A DNA stretch of 42,969 bases from an uncultured Planctomycetia bacterium (GTDB taxonomy: Bacteria > Planctomycetota > SZUA-567 > H5-PLA8), in contig CAYSBP010000004.1 of the NCBI GenBank assembly GCA_964429255.1, forward strand, positions 1 to 42,969. The letters run 5' to 3'. Below, one piece after another: positions 18,112 through 27,241 of the stretch (position 1 is its first letter; the number at the start of each line of letters is the position of its first letter). The translations under genes and the position numbers were made by a program. Below the pieces are notes generated by a model. It ran no database searches, was not told the DNA's origin, and saw nothing but the letters and a program-made list of their open reading frames with translations.

Positions 18112-19180
18112 CACCGCCACCCTCGCCGCGCAGGCTGATCTTGCCTTCCTCCTCCAGCTTGCGGGCGATCGCGACGACCTGCCCGCGCGCCTCGTTCACT
18201 TCGGACTTTGGTTTCGGCCCCAGGAGGTCCATTTCCTCGAGCAGACGATCCGCAGCGCGCTTGGACATATTGCGGAGGAAGAGGTCCTTGATCTCCTGCG
18301 AACCGCCCTTGAGCGCCAGCGCCATGGCGGATACGTCGACTTCGCGGAGGATCGCCTGGATACTCATGTCCGGTAGCCGCTGGAGATCCTCGAAGACCAG
18401 CAACAACTTGCGGACTTCCTCGGCCAGCTTGGGGTTGCGGTCGTTGAGTCCCTCCAGGATCTTCTTTGAGATTTCAGGGTTGGTCTTGTTGAGCAGACCG
18501 ACCACCAGCTTGACACCGCCGATGGCCCGCTGCTTGCCCTGGGAAACGTTCGTGAACTGCTTCTCCAGCGCCTGCTCGATGCGACGGACGATCGAGGACG
18601 AGACGGGCACCATGGAGGCCAGGCGCTCGGAAACCTCCACCTGCAGGCCGGCCGGAAGCGCGGCGAAGAGTTCGGAGGCCTGGGGCGCCGGAAGGTGCGC
18701 CAGCACCAGGGCGACGGTCTGCGGATGCTCGAGCTGCAGTGTGGAGACCACTTTGGGCGTTTCGATGTTCATGAGGAAGTCGAAGTACTCGCTGCGCATC
18801 TGCGCCGCGGCGAGGTTCTTGAGGAGTTCGTTGGCCTTCTCAGGCGTGAGACTCTTGCTGACCAGGTTTCGGGCCACGTCCGGGCCCCCCACGCCGCCAC
18901 CGGGCGAGCGCATCTGCTGCGTGAACTCGGCCAGCACCTCCTGACGCACGCGTTCCGGGACCGATGCTGTGTTGGTGATGGTATTGGTCACTTCTTCAAT
19001 TTCGACTTCGCCGAGCGAACGGAAGATCTGCGCGGCGGCATCGACGCCGATGGACATCAGGAGTACCGCGACGCGTTGAGTGGGCGTGAGCTGTGCCGCG
19101 CTCTGCATCGCGCCGATGGACAGAGCGCCAGCCGGCGGATGGCTTCCTGGGCGGGTGGCATTCTCCTGGGTGGCACTCAT
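18095..19180 (-). CDS. fliG: Flagellar rotor/switch protein FliG
   Basis: LTPTQRVAVLLMSIG, EHPQTVALVLAHL, and C-terminal torque helix region MSKRAADRLLEEMDLLGPKPKSEVNEARGQVV. Confidence 0.95.
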   Translation of the reverse strand: MSATQENATRPGSHPPAGALSIGAMQSAAQLTPTQRVAVLLMSIGVDAAAQIFRSLGEVEIEEVTNTITNTASVPERVRQEVLAEFTQQMRSPGGGVGGPDVARNLVSKSLTPEKANELLKNLAAAQMRSEYFDFLMNIETPKVVSTLQLEHPQTVALVLAHLPAPQASELFAALPAGLQVEVSERLASMVPVSSSIVRRIEQALEKQFTNVSQGKQRAIGGVKLVVGLLNKTNPEISKKILEGLNDRNPKLAEEVRKLLLVFEDLQRLPDMSIQAILREVDVSAMALALKGGSQEIKDLFLRNMSKRAADRLLEEMDLLGPKPKSEVNEARGQVVAIARKLEEEGKISLRGEGGGDDLVE

Positions 19181-19199
19181 AGCGCCTCAGTACCTCGCT

Positions 19200-20810
19200 T
19201 CAACTTCGCAACATGCCGCGAATGATGGCCGTGGCCTGGTTCGCGTTCTTGTTCACCAGATCCTGGGCTTCGTGCTGCATGTCCTGGAACTGGACGGCAT
19301 CGATGGCGTTCATGGAGGTCGTCCGCGTACCGGTCTCGTCGCCCACCGTGGCCTGGAAGACCGTCGTGGGCGTGGAGAGGCGCTTCATGCTGCGGAAGAA
19401 GACCCAGGCCAGTACCAGCACGCCCAGGAGCGTCGCCGCACCGGGCAGATAACGTTCGACGACATCGGTGATGGGTGGTGCGGTCGGCGGCGCAAGCGGC
19501 GGGACGAAGGCTTCGCCGACCGTAGCCGGCGCGGGCGCGTTGACAACGCGCACCATATCGTTTCGCTCCTTCGAAGACCCCACGGCCCCTTCCACCGCCC
19601 CGGTCAGTCCGGCCAGATCCTCTGGCGAAAGCGGCTCGATCTTCTGGTCGGCACCCGTACCGACCACGCGGGGCTTGACCATTACGGAAACGGAGAGCCG
19701 TTTGATGGCGCCGACTTCCGGGCGTACCGTCTCCTGCACGGTGTCGTAATGGTACTGCATGTTGCCCGTCTTCTCTTTTCTGTACTGCATGTTTCCGGAA
19801 CCGCCGTCACTTGAAACCGGATTGGAAGCTTCTCCGGGCGTGTTGGCTCGAACACCGACCACGCCGCCAACACCCGGGCCGCCGCGGCTTTCGCTGGTCT
19901 GCGAGTTCTCGCTCAGCGGAACGCCCGAATCCGGATCCATCTTCTTCGAGCTGCGTTCGACACGGGAAAAGTCGAGTTGTACGGCGACCTGAACCGCCGC
20001 ACGGCCCGGGCCGAGGACGTGATCGAGCAGACTCTCCACCTTGTCGGTGAGATAGCGTTCGGTCTTGATGCGGGTTTCGAGGTTCTCACTGACCACGGCC
20101 AGGTCATCCATGCCGGACTGGAAGCGCGCGAGCAGACGACCCTGCGAATCCATCACCGCCACGTTCTGCGGCGTGAGTTTGAGCACGGCCGCGGCCACGA
20201 TGTGGCGGACCGAAGCGACCAGACCGGCCGAGATGTCGCGTCCACGCAACATCTTGATCTCGACGGAGGCTTTGGGATCCTGGCGATCGCGCGTAAAGAG
20301 TTCCTCTTCCGGGATCGAGAGGGTGACCTGGGCCGATTCGATGCCGTCGAGCGAGCGGATCTTCTGCTCGAGGGAACGCTGGAGGGCACGCAGGTGGTTG
20401 ATCTTCTGCACGAAGTCCGTCATGCCGAAGAGGCTTTTGTCGAAGACTTCGAAGCCGTCTTCGCTGGTTCGACCCGTGCCGCCGCTGACGCCGATATCGG
20501 CGAGGAGCAGACGCGCGTCGTCCAGACGGCCCGAAGGCACGGTCAGGGTCCCGCGGCCGGCCTCGTAACGGAAGGGGATCTCGCTGTCGCGCAGTTTGGC
20601 CGACGCGGCGGTGACCTGTTCGGGCGTTAGCCCGCCGGCCACAGGAACGAAATCGGGGCGGCCGGACCAGAACGCGAGAAGTGCGACCAGTACGGCCGTC
20701 GCGCCGATGAACATGACCAGGGTAACGCGCTGACCGACACCGAGAACGGCCCAGACCTTGAGCGTCTGTTCGCGCAGTTGCCGCAGAAATTCGACGAGGG
20801 TTTGACCCAT
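19200..20810 (-). CDS. fliF: MS-ring protein FliF
   Basis: 536 aa. N-terminal TM followed by the LTPEQVTAASAKLRDSEIPF pattern, a second TM near the C-terminus (LLGVLVLAWVFF) and a FliG-binding tail. Confidence 0.93.
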   Translation of the reverse strand: MGQTLVEFLRQLREQTLKVWAVLGVGQRVTLVMFIGATAVLVALLAFWSGRPDFVPVAGGLTPEQVTAASAKLRDSEIPFRYEAGRGTLTVPSGRLDDARLLLADIGVSGGTGRTSEDGFEVFDKSLFGMTDFVQKINHLRALQRSLEQKIRSLDGIESAQVTLSIPEEELFTRDRQDPKASVEIKMLRGRDISAGLVASVRHIVAAAVLKLTPQNVAVMDSQGRLLARFQSGMDDLAVVSENLETRIKTERYLTDKVESLLDHVLGPGRAAVQVAVQLDFSRVERSSKKMDPDSGVPLSENSQTSESRGGPGVGGVVGVRANTPGEASNPVSSDGGSGNMQYRKEKTGNMQYHYDTVQETVRPEVGAIKRLSVSVMVKPRVVGTGADQKIEPLSPEDLAGLTGAVEGAVGSSKERNDMVRVVNAPAPATVGEAFVPPLAPPTAPPITDVVERYLPGAATLLGVLVLAWVFFRSMKRLSTPTTVFQATVGDETGTRTTSMNAIDAVQFQDMQHEAQDLVNKNANQATAIIRGMLRS

Positions 20811-20898
20811 GATGAAACAGGCCCTCCGCTGAGCCCATCCACCTGTTTATGGTTGTCGCGTGAACCGCATGACAGGCGGCTCCGCGCCGAACGTCGCG

Positions 20899-21228
20899 TT
20901 ACAGCGGCATCCGGGAGACTTCCTGATAGGCCTCCACCAGTTTGTTGCGCACTTCCGTCAGCAGTTGCATGGAAAGCCGCGCCTGCTCGAACGCCACCAT
21001 TACCTGATGGACATCCTTCACTTCACCGGTGGCCAGTTTTCGAATCGCATCGTCCGCCAGCTCCTGCTTGCTCTGCACGTCACCGATGGCGTCCGACAGC
21101 ACGTTGGCAAACGACGAAGAACCTTCAGTACCTTCGATCGCGGGATGGTCTGAATTCGGCGCGTGGATGGAGTTCGACCGGCCGGGCAGGCGCTGCGGAC
21201 CTCCAGTGGCAGACATCATCGGATCCAT
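20899..21228 (-). CDS. fliE: Flagellar hook-basal body protein FliE
   Basis: C-terminal FliE signature DVHQVMVAFEQARLSMQLLTEVRNKLVEAYQEVSRMPL. ATG 21228 is 9 nt from GAGGG; the ORF track start 21237 has no spacing to the SD. Confidence 0.9.
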   Translation of the reverse strand: MDPMMSATGGPQRLPGRSNSIHAPNSDHPAIEGTEGSSSFANVLSDAIGDVQSKQELADDAIRKLATGEVKDVHQVMVAFEQARLSMQLLTEVRNKLVEAYQEVSRMPL

Positions 21229-21274
21229 GATTCCCATCCCTCATTTCCATGCGACCGTCGACCGGTCGCGCCCG

Positions 21275-21709
21275 TTATGCACGCCCAATCTCCAAGGCAC
21301 GCTTGAGCATCTCCCGCGTGACGCGAAACGCTGCACTGTTGGCCTCGTGCGAGCGGGACGCCGACAGCAGGTCGGCCATCTCCTCCGCCGTGTTGACGTT
21401 CGGAAACAGCACGTACCCGTCGACATCGGCATCCGGATGACCCGGCCGGAAGACGCGAAGAAACTCCGAGTTGTCCAGCGAAATCTCGGCAACCTCCACG
21501 CCCCGTCCGCTGAAATCGCTGCTCTGCGCGGCATCCTCCAACAGCGTCTGAAAGACCACTTCGCGCCGGCGGTACGGTCCGCCCTCCGCCGTGCGCGTCG
21601 AGTTTGCATTGGCCAGGTTGGACATCACCACATCCATCCGGGTCCGTTCGGCCCGCATGCCGCTGACACTGACGTCCAGTGTGGAGAAGTAGCTGTCAAT
21701 ACCCGCCAT
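21275..21709 (-). CDS. flgC: Proximal rod protein FlgC
   Basis: FSTLDVSVSGMRAERTRMDVVMSNLANANSTRT, and C-terminal VNTAEEMADLLSASRSHEANSAAF. Good GGAAGGAG RBS. Confidence 0.93.
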   Translation of the reverse strand: MAGIDSYFSTLDVSVSGMRAERTRMDVVMSNLANANSTRTAEGGPYRRREVVFQTLLEDAAQSSDFSGRGVEVAEISLDNSEFLRVFRPGHPDADVDGYVLFPNVNTAEEMADLLSASRSHEANSAAFRVTREMLKRALEIGRA

Positions 21710-21733
21710 CGCTTTGCTCCTTCCCCTGAAGGC

Positions 21734-22093
21734 CTACATCGAGCGTCCCGTGGCCGCCATGCGCAACATACTCAGACGGCTGTTCATCGCCTGGACCGCC
21801 ATCTGGTACAGCAACGCATTCTTCGACATCTCGGCCAGCTCGGTTTCGAGCTGGACGTTGTTGCCATCGAACCGCACCGGCGTCGACTCGTCCTGGACCG
21901 GCCCCACGCTCAGTTGTGCCAGCGCCCGCGGTCCACTGCGGACCGCGTCGGCCAGTTCTTCCGTAAACTTCAAATCCGACCGGGTGAAACCCGGCGTGTT
22001 CAGGTTGGCCAGGTTGTTCGAAAGGACCCGCTGGCGCGCGGCGGCCAAGTCAAGGACCTTGCTCAGGATCTGGCTCGATGGATCGTTGCTCAC
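21734..22093 (-). CDS. flgB: Proximal rod protein FlgB
   Basis: LDLAAARQRVLSNNLANLNTPGFTRSD, and C-terminal ELAEMSKNALLYQMAVQAMN. GTG start with GGAGG RBS 8 nt upstream. First gene of the operon. Confidence 0.9.
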   Translation of the reverse strand: MSNDPSSQILSKVLDLAAARQRVLSNNLANLNTPGFTRSDLKFTEELADAVRSGPRALAQLSVGPVQDESTPVRFDGNNVQLETELAEMSKNALLYQMAVQAMNSRLSMLRMAATGRSM

Positions 22094-22138
22094 AAGCCAT
22101 TCCTCCCTCTACGAACCTACCAACCCACTACGAGATAC

Positions 22139-22154
22139 AGCAACCGTCGGGCCA
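22139..22154 (-). promoter_or_regulatory. Sigma-54 (-24/-12) promoter of the flgB operon
   Basis: Minus strand reads TGGCCCGACGGTTGCT versus consensus TGGCACG-N4-TTGCW, with correct GG-to-GC spacing and one mismatch in the defined positions. The -12 GC lies 46 nt upstream of the flgB GTG, immediately downstream of a sigma-54 activator gene. Confidence 0.75.
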
Positions 22155-22208
22155 ACCGCAATGTGCTCCGCCTTTCCCGACCGCGGCATTTCCTGCCGGA
22201 AAACAGCG

Positions 22209-23657
22209 CTAGGCGGAGACTTCTTCCGGCGGCAACTTCCCGTCGGGTAGCGTCTCGTACTCTCTAAGCTTTGTGTAGAGCGTGCGCACGCTGATGCCCA
22301 ACAGGCGAGCCGCCTGGGTCCGATTTCCGCTGGTTTTCTGCAACACACGGAGAATCACGATCCGCTCGACATCGGACAGACTGGTCATCCGGTCGATATT
22401 CTCAGCCTCGGACGTCGCCGGCATACCCAAGAGTGAGGACGGTGCGCCGGTTTCGCGCGCAACGGAAGGCGACACCATTCCGGCATTGCCCAGACCCAGA
22501 TTGGCCGCGGAAAGCGAGCCGCCGTCGTTGAGCAGCACCGCCCGTTCGATCGTGTTCTCGAGTTCCCGCACGTTGCCGGGCCAGCGATGCGTGATGAGCG
22601 TGTCGCGGGATTCCGCGCAGAGCGTTGGTAACGGACGGCGATGCCGCTCCGCGTAACGACGCAGAAAATACTCCGCCATTAACAGAATGTCGCCATTCCG
22701 GTCGCGCAGGGGCGGCAACTGAATGGGCACGACGTTGAGGCGGTAGAATAGATCCTCGCGGAACGTGCCTTCCTTGACGACCTGCGGCAGGTCGCGGTTC
22801 GAGGTGCAGAGCACACGAACGTCCACCTTGACCGTCTTGGTACCGCCGACACGTTCGAACTCGCGTTCCTGAAGGATGCGCAGCAGCTTGCTTTGCAGCG
22901 CCAGACTGGTCTCGCTGATTTCGTCGAGCAGCAGCGTACCGGTGTGCGCCAGTTCGAAGCGGCCGACGCGCCGTTCGACCGCGCCGGTGAAGGCCCCGCG
23001 TTCGTGGCCGAAAAGCTCGCTCTCCAGGAGCGTCTCGGGCAGCGCGGCGCAGTTGACCCGGATGAACGGATTGCTGGCGCGGTCCGAGCGCTGGTGGATG
23101 GCGCGCGCGATCAACTCCTTGCCCGTGCCGCTCTCCCCGGTAATGAGCACGGTCGCCGAACTGCTGGCGACGCGATCCACCAGGCGGAAGACATCCTTCA
23201 TCGCGTCGCTGCGCCCGACCAGGTCTTCGAAACCGTCCTCAGGACGGCTCGCGGTCTGCCGGTAGAACCGGTTCTCCTCGATCAGCGAGCGGTACTCGCA
23301 GGCCTTCACCAGCAGGATCTCGATCTGGTTGGGCGAGATCGGCTTGGTCAGGTAATCGAAGGCACCCCCGCGCATGGCTTCGATGGCCGTGTCCATGGTG
23401 GCGTAGGCGGTGAGCAACACGACCAGCGTCTGCGGCGAGGTTTCTTTGACGCAGGCCAGCACGTCCAGACCGCTCACGCCGTTCATGCGGATATCGGTGA
23501 GGACCAGGTCGAAGCTGCGGCCTTCGCCGAGCAACCGCTTGGCCTCCTCACCATCCGATGCAAGCACGACCTCGCAACCCGAACGGGTGAGCGTTTCGCC
23601 CAGAAACTCGCGCATCAGGAGTTCGTCGTCAACGACCAGTACGCGTTCGATCTGCAT
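22209..23657 (-). CDS. Sigma-54-dependent response regulator (REC-AAA+-Fis HTH), FlrC/FleR/FlgR-like
   Basis: REC with VVDD...VLTDIRM...LTKP, Walker A GESGTGKE, intact GAFTGA, ESELFGHE, C-terminal HTH NRTQAARLLGISVRTLYTKL. ATG 23657 has a GGAGGAG RBS; the ORF track starts at 23687. Confidence 0.9.
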   Translation of the reverse strand: MQIERVLVVDDELLMREFLGETLTRSGCEVVLASDGEEAKRLLGEGRSFDLVLTDIRMNGVSGLDVLACVKETSPQTLVVLLTAYATMDTAIEAMRGGAFDYLTKPISPNQIEILLVKACEYRSLIEENRFYRQTASRPEDGFEDLVGRSDAMKDVFRLVDRVASSSATVLITGESGTGKELIARAIHQRSDRASNPFIRVNCAALPETLLESELFGHERGAFTGAVERRVGRFELAHTGTLLLDEISETSLALQSKLLRILQEREFERVGGTKTVKVDVRVLCTSNRDLPQVVKEGTFREDLFYRLNVVPIQLPPLRDRNGDILLMAEYFLRRYAERHRRPLPTLCAESRDTLITHRWPGNVRELENTIERAVLLNDGGSLSAANLGLGNAGMVSPSVARETGAPSSLLGMPATSEAENIDRMTSLSDVERIVILRVLQKTSGNRTQAARLLGISVRTLYTKLREYETLPDGKLPPEEVSA

Positions 23658-24966
23658 GGCTCTCCTCCGCAAGACAGCCTGCCGCACTCAACGGCAACAC
23701 AATTCTAAAACAGGCACCTCCGTCTGGCTCGGCTACGCAGCCGATGTGTCCGCCGTGCGCCTCGACCAATTTGGCGGCCGTGGGCAGACCCAGACCCGTG
23801 CCATGGCGTTTGGTGGTCATGAAGGGCTGAAACAGCTTGGCACGGGCCTCGGGTGCGATCCCCGGCCCCGTGTCGGCCACGTCGATCTGGAAAGCCTCAG
23901 CGCCCTCCAGCAAAGTCGGGGAGATGCGTATCCGGATCTCACCGTCCTTGCGCCCGTCCAGCGCTTCGAGTCCGTTTCGGATCAGGTTGAGGAAGACCTG
24001 CCGCAGCGCACTTCGATCGGCCAGCAAACAGGCGCTCGCCGGCCCCTGGAACTGGTGCCGGAACTGGCCCTTGTGCAGCTGCCGGTCCTGTAGGACCAGT
24101 TCGATCAGTTCCTTTAGGATCTGGCAGAGATCCACCTCTTCGAGGCGCAACGAAGGGTAGCGCGAGAAGGTCAAGAGGCTGTCGACGAAGCGGTGCAGGT
24201 CCTGGAGCCCTTCGAGCATCAGATCAACGTAGCGCCGGCGCTCGGGCTGACCGGCCAGATCGCTCTGCAGCAACTGGGCGAAGCCTTCGATGCCGCCCAG
24301 CGGGTTGCGGATCTCGTGTGCGACGACGGAGGCCATGCGGCCGAGTTCAGCCAGGCTGGCCGTGCGCTGCATCTGTTGCTGGAGTTCGGCGATCTCGGCC
24401 ATGTCCTGCAGGATCAGCACGGCGCCCAAGGTCTGGCCCGATTTGTCTTTGACCGGGCAGGCCGCGGCGGCCACCGGGCAGGTCTGTCCGTCGCTCTTGG
24501 GCAGCAGCGTGCGCACGCGGCGCTGCGGCGCGAAACCCTGCAGCGACTCCTCGACCAGCCGGCGCGGAACGCCGTCGGGGGTCAGCCATTCGGAGAGTGG
24601 CCGGCCGATCATCTGGTGGGCCGGATGCCCGCTCAGACGTTCTATCGGCGCATTGAACACCCGAATAATGCCCATCTGATCGACGGCCACGACACCGTCA
24701 GCCAGACTCTCAAGCAAGGCAACCAAGTGTCCGCTGAGGTAGTCGAGTTCCTGCACCTTCTCGCGCAACTGACGGTTGGTCTGGTCCAGTTCGATCTTCA
24801 GTTCCTCAACGCGGACGCGTAGGGCGTTGAAGGCACGTTCCGCCTCGGCCGACGAGTGAAGGAAGTGCTGCACCGCAGCGGGCAGGTGAGTCTGGGTAAG
24901 TGAAGACGGCTCCGCAGGCACGGGGGCTGCTGGGTTCTTCTGCGATAGTATGCTCAGCGCGTCCAT
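23629..24966 (-). CDS. Soluble PAS-domain sensor histidine kinase, FlrB/FleS-like
   Basis: No TM segment. Coiled coil then PAS (DGVVAVDQMGIIRVFN...), H-box VAHEIRNPLGG, N/G boxes NLIRNGLEA...DTGPGI...GTGLGL. Start is ambiguous (ATG 24966, 25002 or 25008). The upstream part of the ORF overlaps the TPR gene and was discarded. Confidence 0.85.
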   Translation of the reverse strand: MDALSILSQKNPAAPVPAEPSSLTQTHLPAAVQHFLHSSAEAERAFNALRVRVEELKIELDQTNRQLREKVQELDYLSGHLVALLESLADGVVAVDQMGIIRVFNAPIERLSGHPAHQMIGRPLSEWLTPDGVPRRLVEESLQGFAPQRRVRTLLPKSDGQTCPVAAAACPVKDKSGQTLGAVLILQDMAEIAELQQQMQRTASLAELGRMASVVAHEIRNPLGGIEGFAQLLQSDLAGQPERRRYVDLMLEGLQDLHRFVDSLLTFSRYPSLRLEEVDLCQILKELIELVLQDRQLHKGQFRHQFQGPASACLLADRSALRQVFLNLIRNGLEALDGRKDGEIRIRISPTLLEGAEAFQIDVADTGPGIAPEARAKLFQPFMTTKRHGTGLGLPTAAKLVEAHGGHIGCVAEPDGGACFRIVLPLSAAGCLAEESHADRTRTGR

Positions 24967-24979
24967 GGGCCGCGGCGTC

Positions 24980-27241
24980 TCACAGTTTCTGGGTTCGTAC
25001 ATCGGCATCCGATACCGTGGTACCGAGTCCACGGAGCCACTGCAGTTTTTCCGCTTTCCAGCGGGCGGTCGCGAGCAGCGACTGCAGTTCCGGGCTGGCC
25101 TCCGCTGCCGGGCCGGACTTGTCCACAAAATCGAGATAGGCGACCAACGCCTCGCCGAACTTGCCCTGTCGCTCGAACGCCAGGGCGATCTGGAAGCGGG
25201 CCAGCGCGAGCAGGGTCGGCGGTGTTTGATCGCTCGAAATGAGTTCATCGAGCACCACCAGGGCCTCGGCCTCGCGATTCAGGTGCATCAGGCAGACCGC
25301 ACGGCGGAAGGCACAGGTCGCCGCGGCCGACGGTTCGAGTTCCGCGGCCTTGAGATTGAGATAGGTTTCGACGGCCTGTTCGGAGGAGACGACCCGTTCC
25401 TCGAGTTCGGCCTTGCGGATCAGCGCACGCGCCGAAAGGACCGCGCCGGGATAGGCTTGTGCCGACGAGCCCAGGAGTGCGGCCGCGTCTCCGAACCGCT
25501 TGTCGGCTACCATCAGTTCCGCCTGTTCCAGATCGGCAGCCTGGGCCAGTATATGGTCGGCGAATTGCGTGCGCAGCCGGCGTAGAGTCGCCATCGCATC
25601 CTCCGGCTTCCCGCCTATCCGCTGCGCGCGCGCAAGCCCCAGCAGCGCACGCGGCTCCTGCTCGCCCCGCTGGGCCATCGGCGCCGTCTGCAGCGCCTTC
25701 AAGATCTTCTGGAACTGCTCGGCTGCGGCGCCGGCCAGCTCAAGCGCCAGGAACTCCTCGCCAGCCCTCTGCTGCGCATCGAAGACTTTCGAGTAGGTGG
25801 GATACTTCTCGGCGACGCGGGCCAGCGCACGGGCGGCGTCCAGCGATTCGCCCATGCCGGTGTGCGCTTCTGCGTAGAGACAGAGAGCCTCGCCCCCGTC
25901 CTCATCGGAGAGGTTCTCCATCAGGAATTCGAGGAGTGCGTTGGCGCTGTCGTGGAAGCGTCTTTCGAGCATGAACGAGCGGGCGGTCTGGAGCCAGGCA
26001 TGCGTGCGATGCGTGTTGGAGGGATCCCGGTTCGCACCCATCTCCGCATACATTTTACGTGCCTCAGCCGGTCGTCCCAGCTTTAGCAGCAGATCGGCGC
26101 GCAGTCGCTGTGCCTCGCGTCCGGCCGCCGAAGCGGGGAAGCGGTACTGGACGTCGGTGTAGCCGGTCAAGGCCTGGCCGTAGGCGGATTCTAGGTCGAA
26201 GGTCTTGGCGGCCTCCAGGAGAGCCAGGGGGGCTAGTCGCCATTCGGGGGCCCGGTCCGCACAGGCATAGAGGTGTTTGCGCGCCTCAGCGAAATTGCCC
26301 AGCTCGCTGCGCAGCCGTCCTGCCTCGTAACAGGCCTCCAACGCGCGCGTCTCCTCGGGCCGTTCTGCGGCCAGACTCTCGTACTGTTTCAGCGCCTCCG
26401 GGATATCCGCATCTTCCAGTGCCATCTGGGCCAGATTCAGGCGGGCATCGATCAGTCCGTCGGTGTTCGGGTACTCGTTGATGATCCATTCAAAGGCGCG
26501 CCGGGCCTTGGCACGCAAGGCCTGCGCATTCGGTGTGAAGGTACGTGGTTGGCGGGCCGTGCGAGGCGGCAGGGCGGGAATCGGAGGAGACGTCTTCGCT
26601 TCTTCCGCCAGGGCGACCGCCTTGGGCAGAGGAAAGACATGGGGTTCGGGCAGGACGGGTGCCGTCGGATCCTTCGAGCTGAGCATCGGTTTCTTCGGTT
26701 CGGAATCGGGAACCACAGGCCGTGGTTCGAGGGATGTGCTGGGTTCCTGCTCGACCGTTGTCGGAGGGTCCGGCGGCGGCGTGCGCTGGTTTGCCCGGTC
26801 GATCGTCTGGGCCAATGCCGCGATCTGCTGTTCGATGTTCAGCAGGCGTTGCTCCAGCTCGCCGAAGCGTCTGGACGTCTCCTCCGACATGGCCTGGGCC
26901 GCTGGTGCGCGTTCCTTTGCCATGCGGATCATCTCGTCGCGCATCAAGACCTGCACCTGCTCATACTCGTCCTGCCGTCGGCAAAGATCGGCCAGCAGCT
27001 TGAGTGTGCTCTCTTCGGCGTTTTCCTTCTTGCGCTGTTCGCGTTGCTGCCGAACTTCGCCTGGCGGAGGAATCACCGTTTCACCCGCAATCATGCGTTC
27101 ACGATCGGACGGTTCGTTGAACTCCAGGCTCGTCATGACCTGATCCACCTGCTCCAGCGGTTCTCGAAGACCGCAGGAACCCAGCAGTCCGGCCAGCAAC
27201 ACGGGCACGAAAAGGTTGATGAATCGTCTGTGGCCGCGCAT
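24980..27241 (-). CDS. Predicted lipoprotein with coiled-coil segment, Pro-rich linker and long TPR-like repeat region (753 aa)
   Basis: Internal ATG 27241 gives MRGHRRFINLFVPVLLAGLLGSC, a signal peptide plus lipobox. It overlaps the upstream stop as TAATG. A heptad-rich region (EQRLLNIEQQIAALAQTIDRANQ) is followed by many A/L/Y/E-rich helical-hairpin repeats typical of TPRs. No enzymatic motif seen. Confidence 0.75.
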   Translation of the reverse strand: MRGHRRFINLFVPVLLAGLLGSCGLREPLEQVDQVMTSLEFNEPSDRERMIAGETVIPPPGEVRQQREQRKKENAEESTLKLLADLCRRQDEYEQVQVLMRDEMIRMAKERAPAAQAMSEETSRRFGELEQRLLNIEQQIAALAQTIDRANQRTPPPDPPTTVEQEPSTSLEPRPVVPDSEPKKPMLSSKDPTAPVLPEPHVFPLPKAVALAEEAKTSPPIPALPPRTARQPRTFTPNAQALRAKARRAFEWIINEYPNTDGLIDARLNLAQMALEDADIPEALKQYESLAAERPEETRALEACYEAGRLRSELGNFAEARKHLYACADRAPEWRLAPLALLEAAKTFDLESAYGQALTGYTDVQYRFPASAAGREAQRLRADLLLKLGRPAEARKMYAEMGANRDPSNTHRTHAWLQTARSFMLERRFHDSANALLEFLMENLSDEDGGEALCLYAEAHTGMGESLDAARALARVAEKYPTYSKVFDAQQRAGEEFLALELAGAAAEQFQKILKALQTAPMAQRGEQEPRALLGLARAQRIGGKPEDAMATLRRLRTQFADHILAQAADLEQAELMVADKRFGDAAALLGSSAQAYPGAVLSARALIRKAELEERVVSSEQAVETYLNLKAAELEPSAAATCAFRRAVCLMHLNREAEALVVLDELISSDQTPPTLLALARFQIALAFERQGKFGEALVAYLDFVDKSGPAAEASPELQSLLATARWKAEKLQWLRGLGTTVSDADVRTQKL

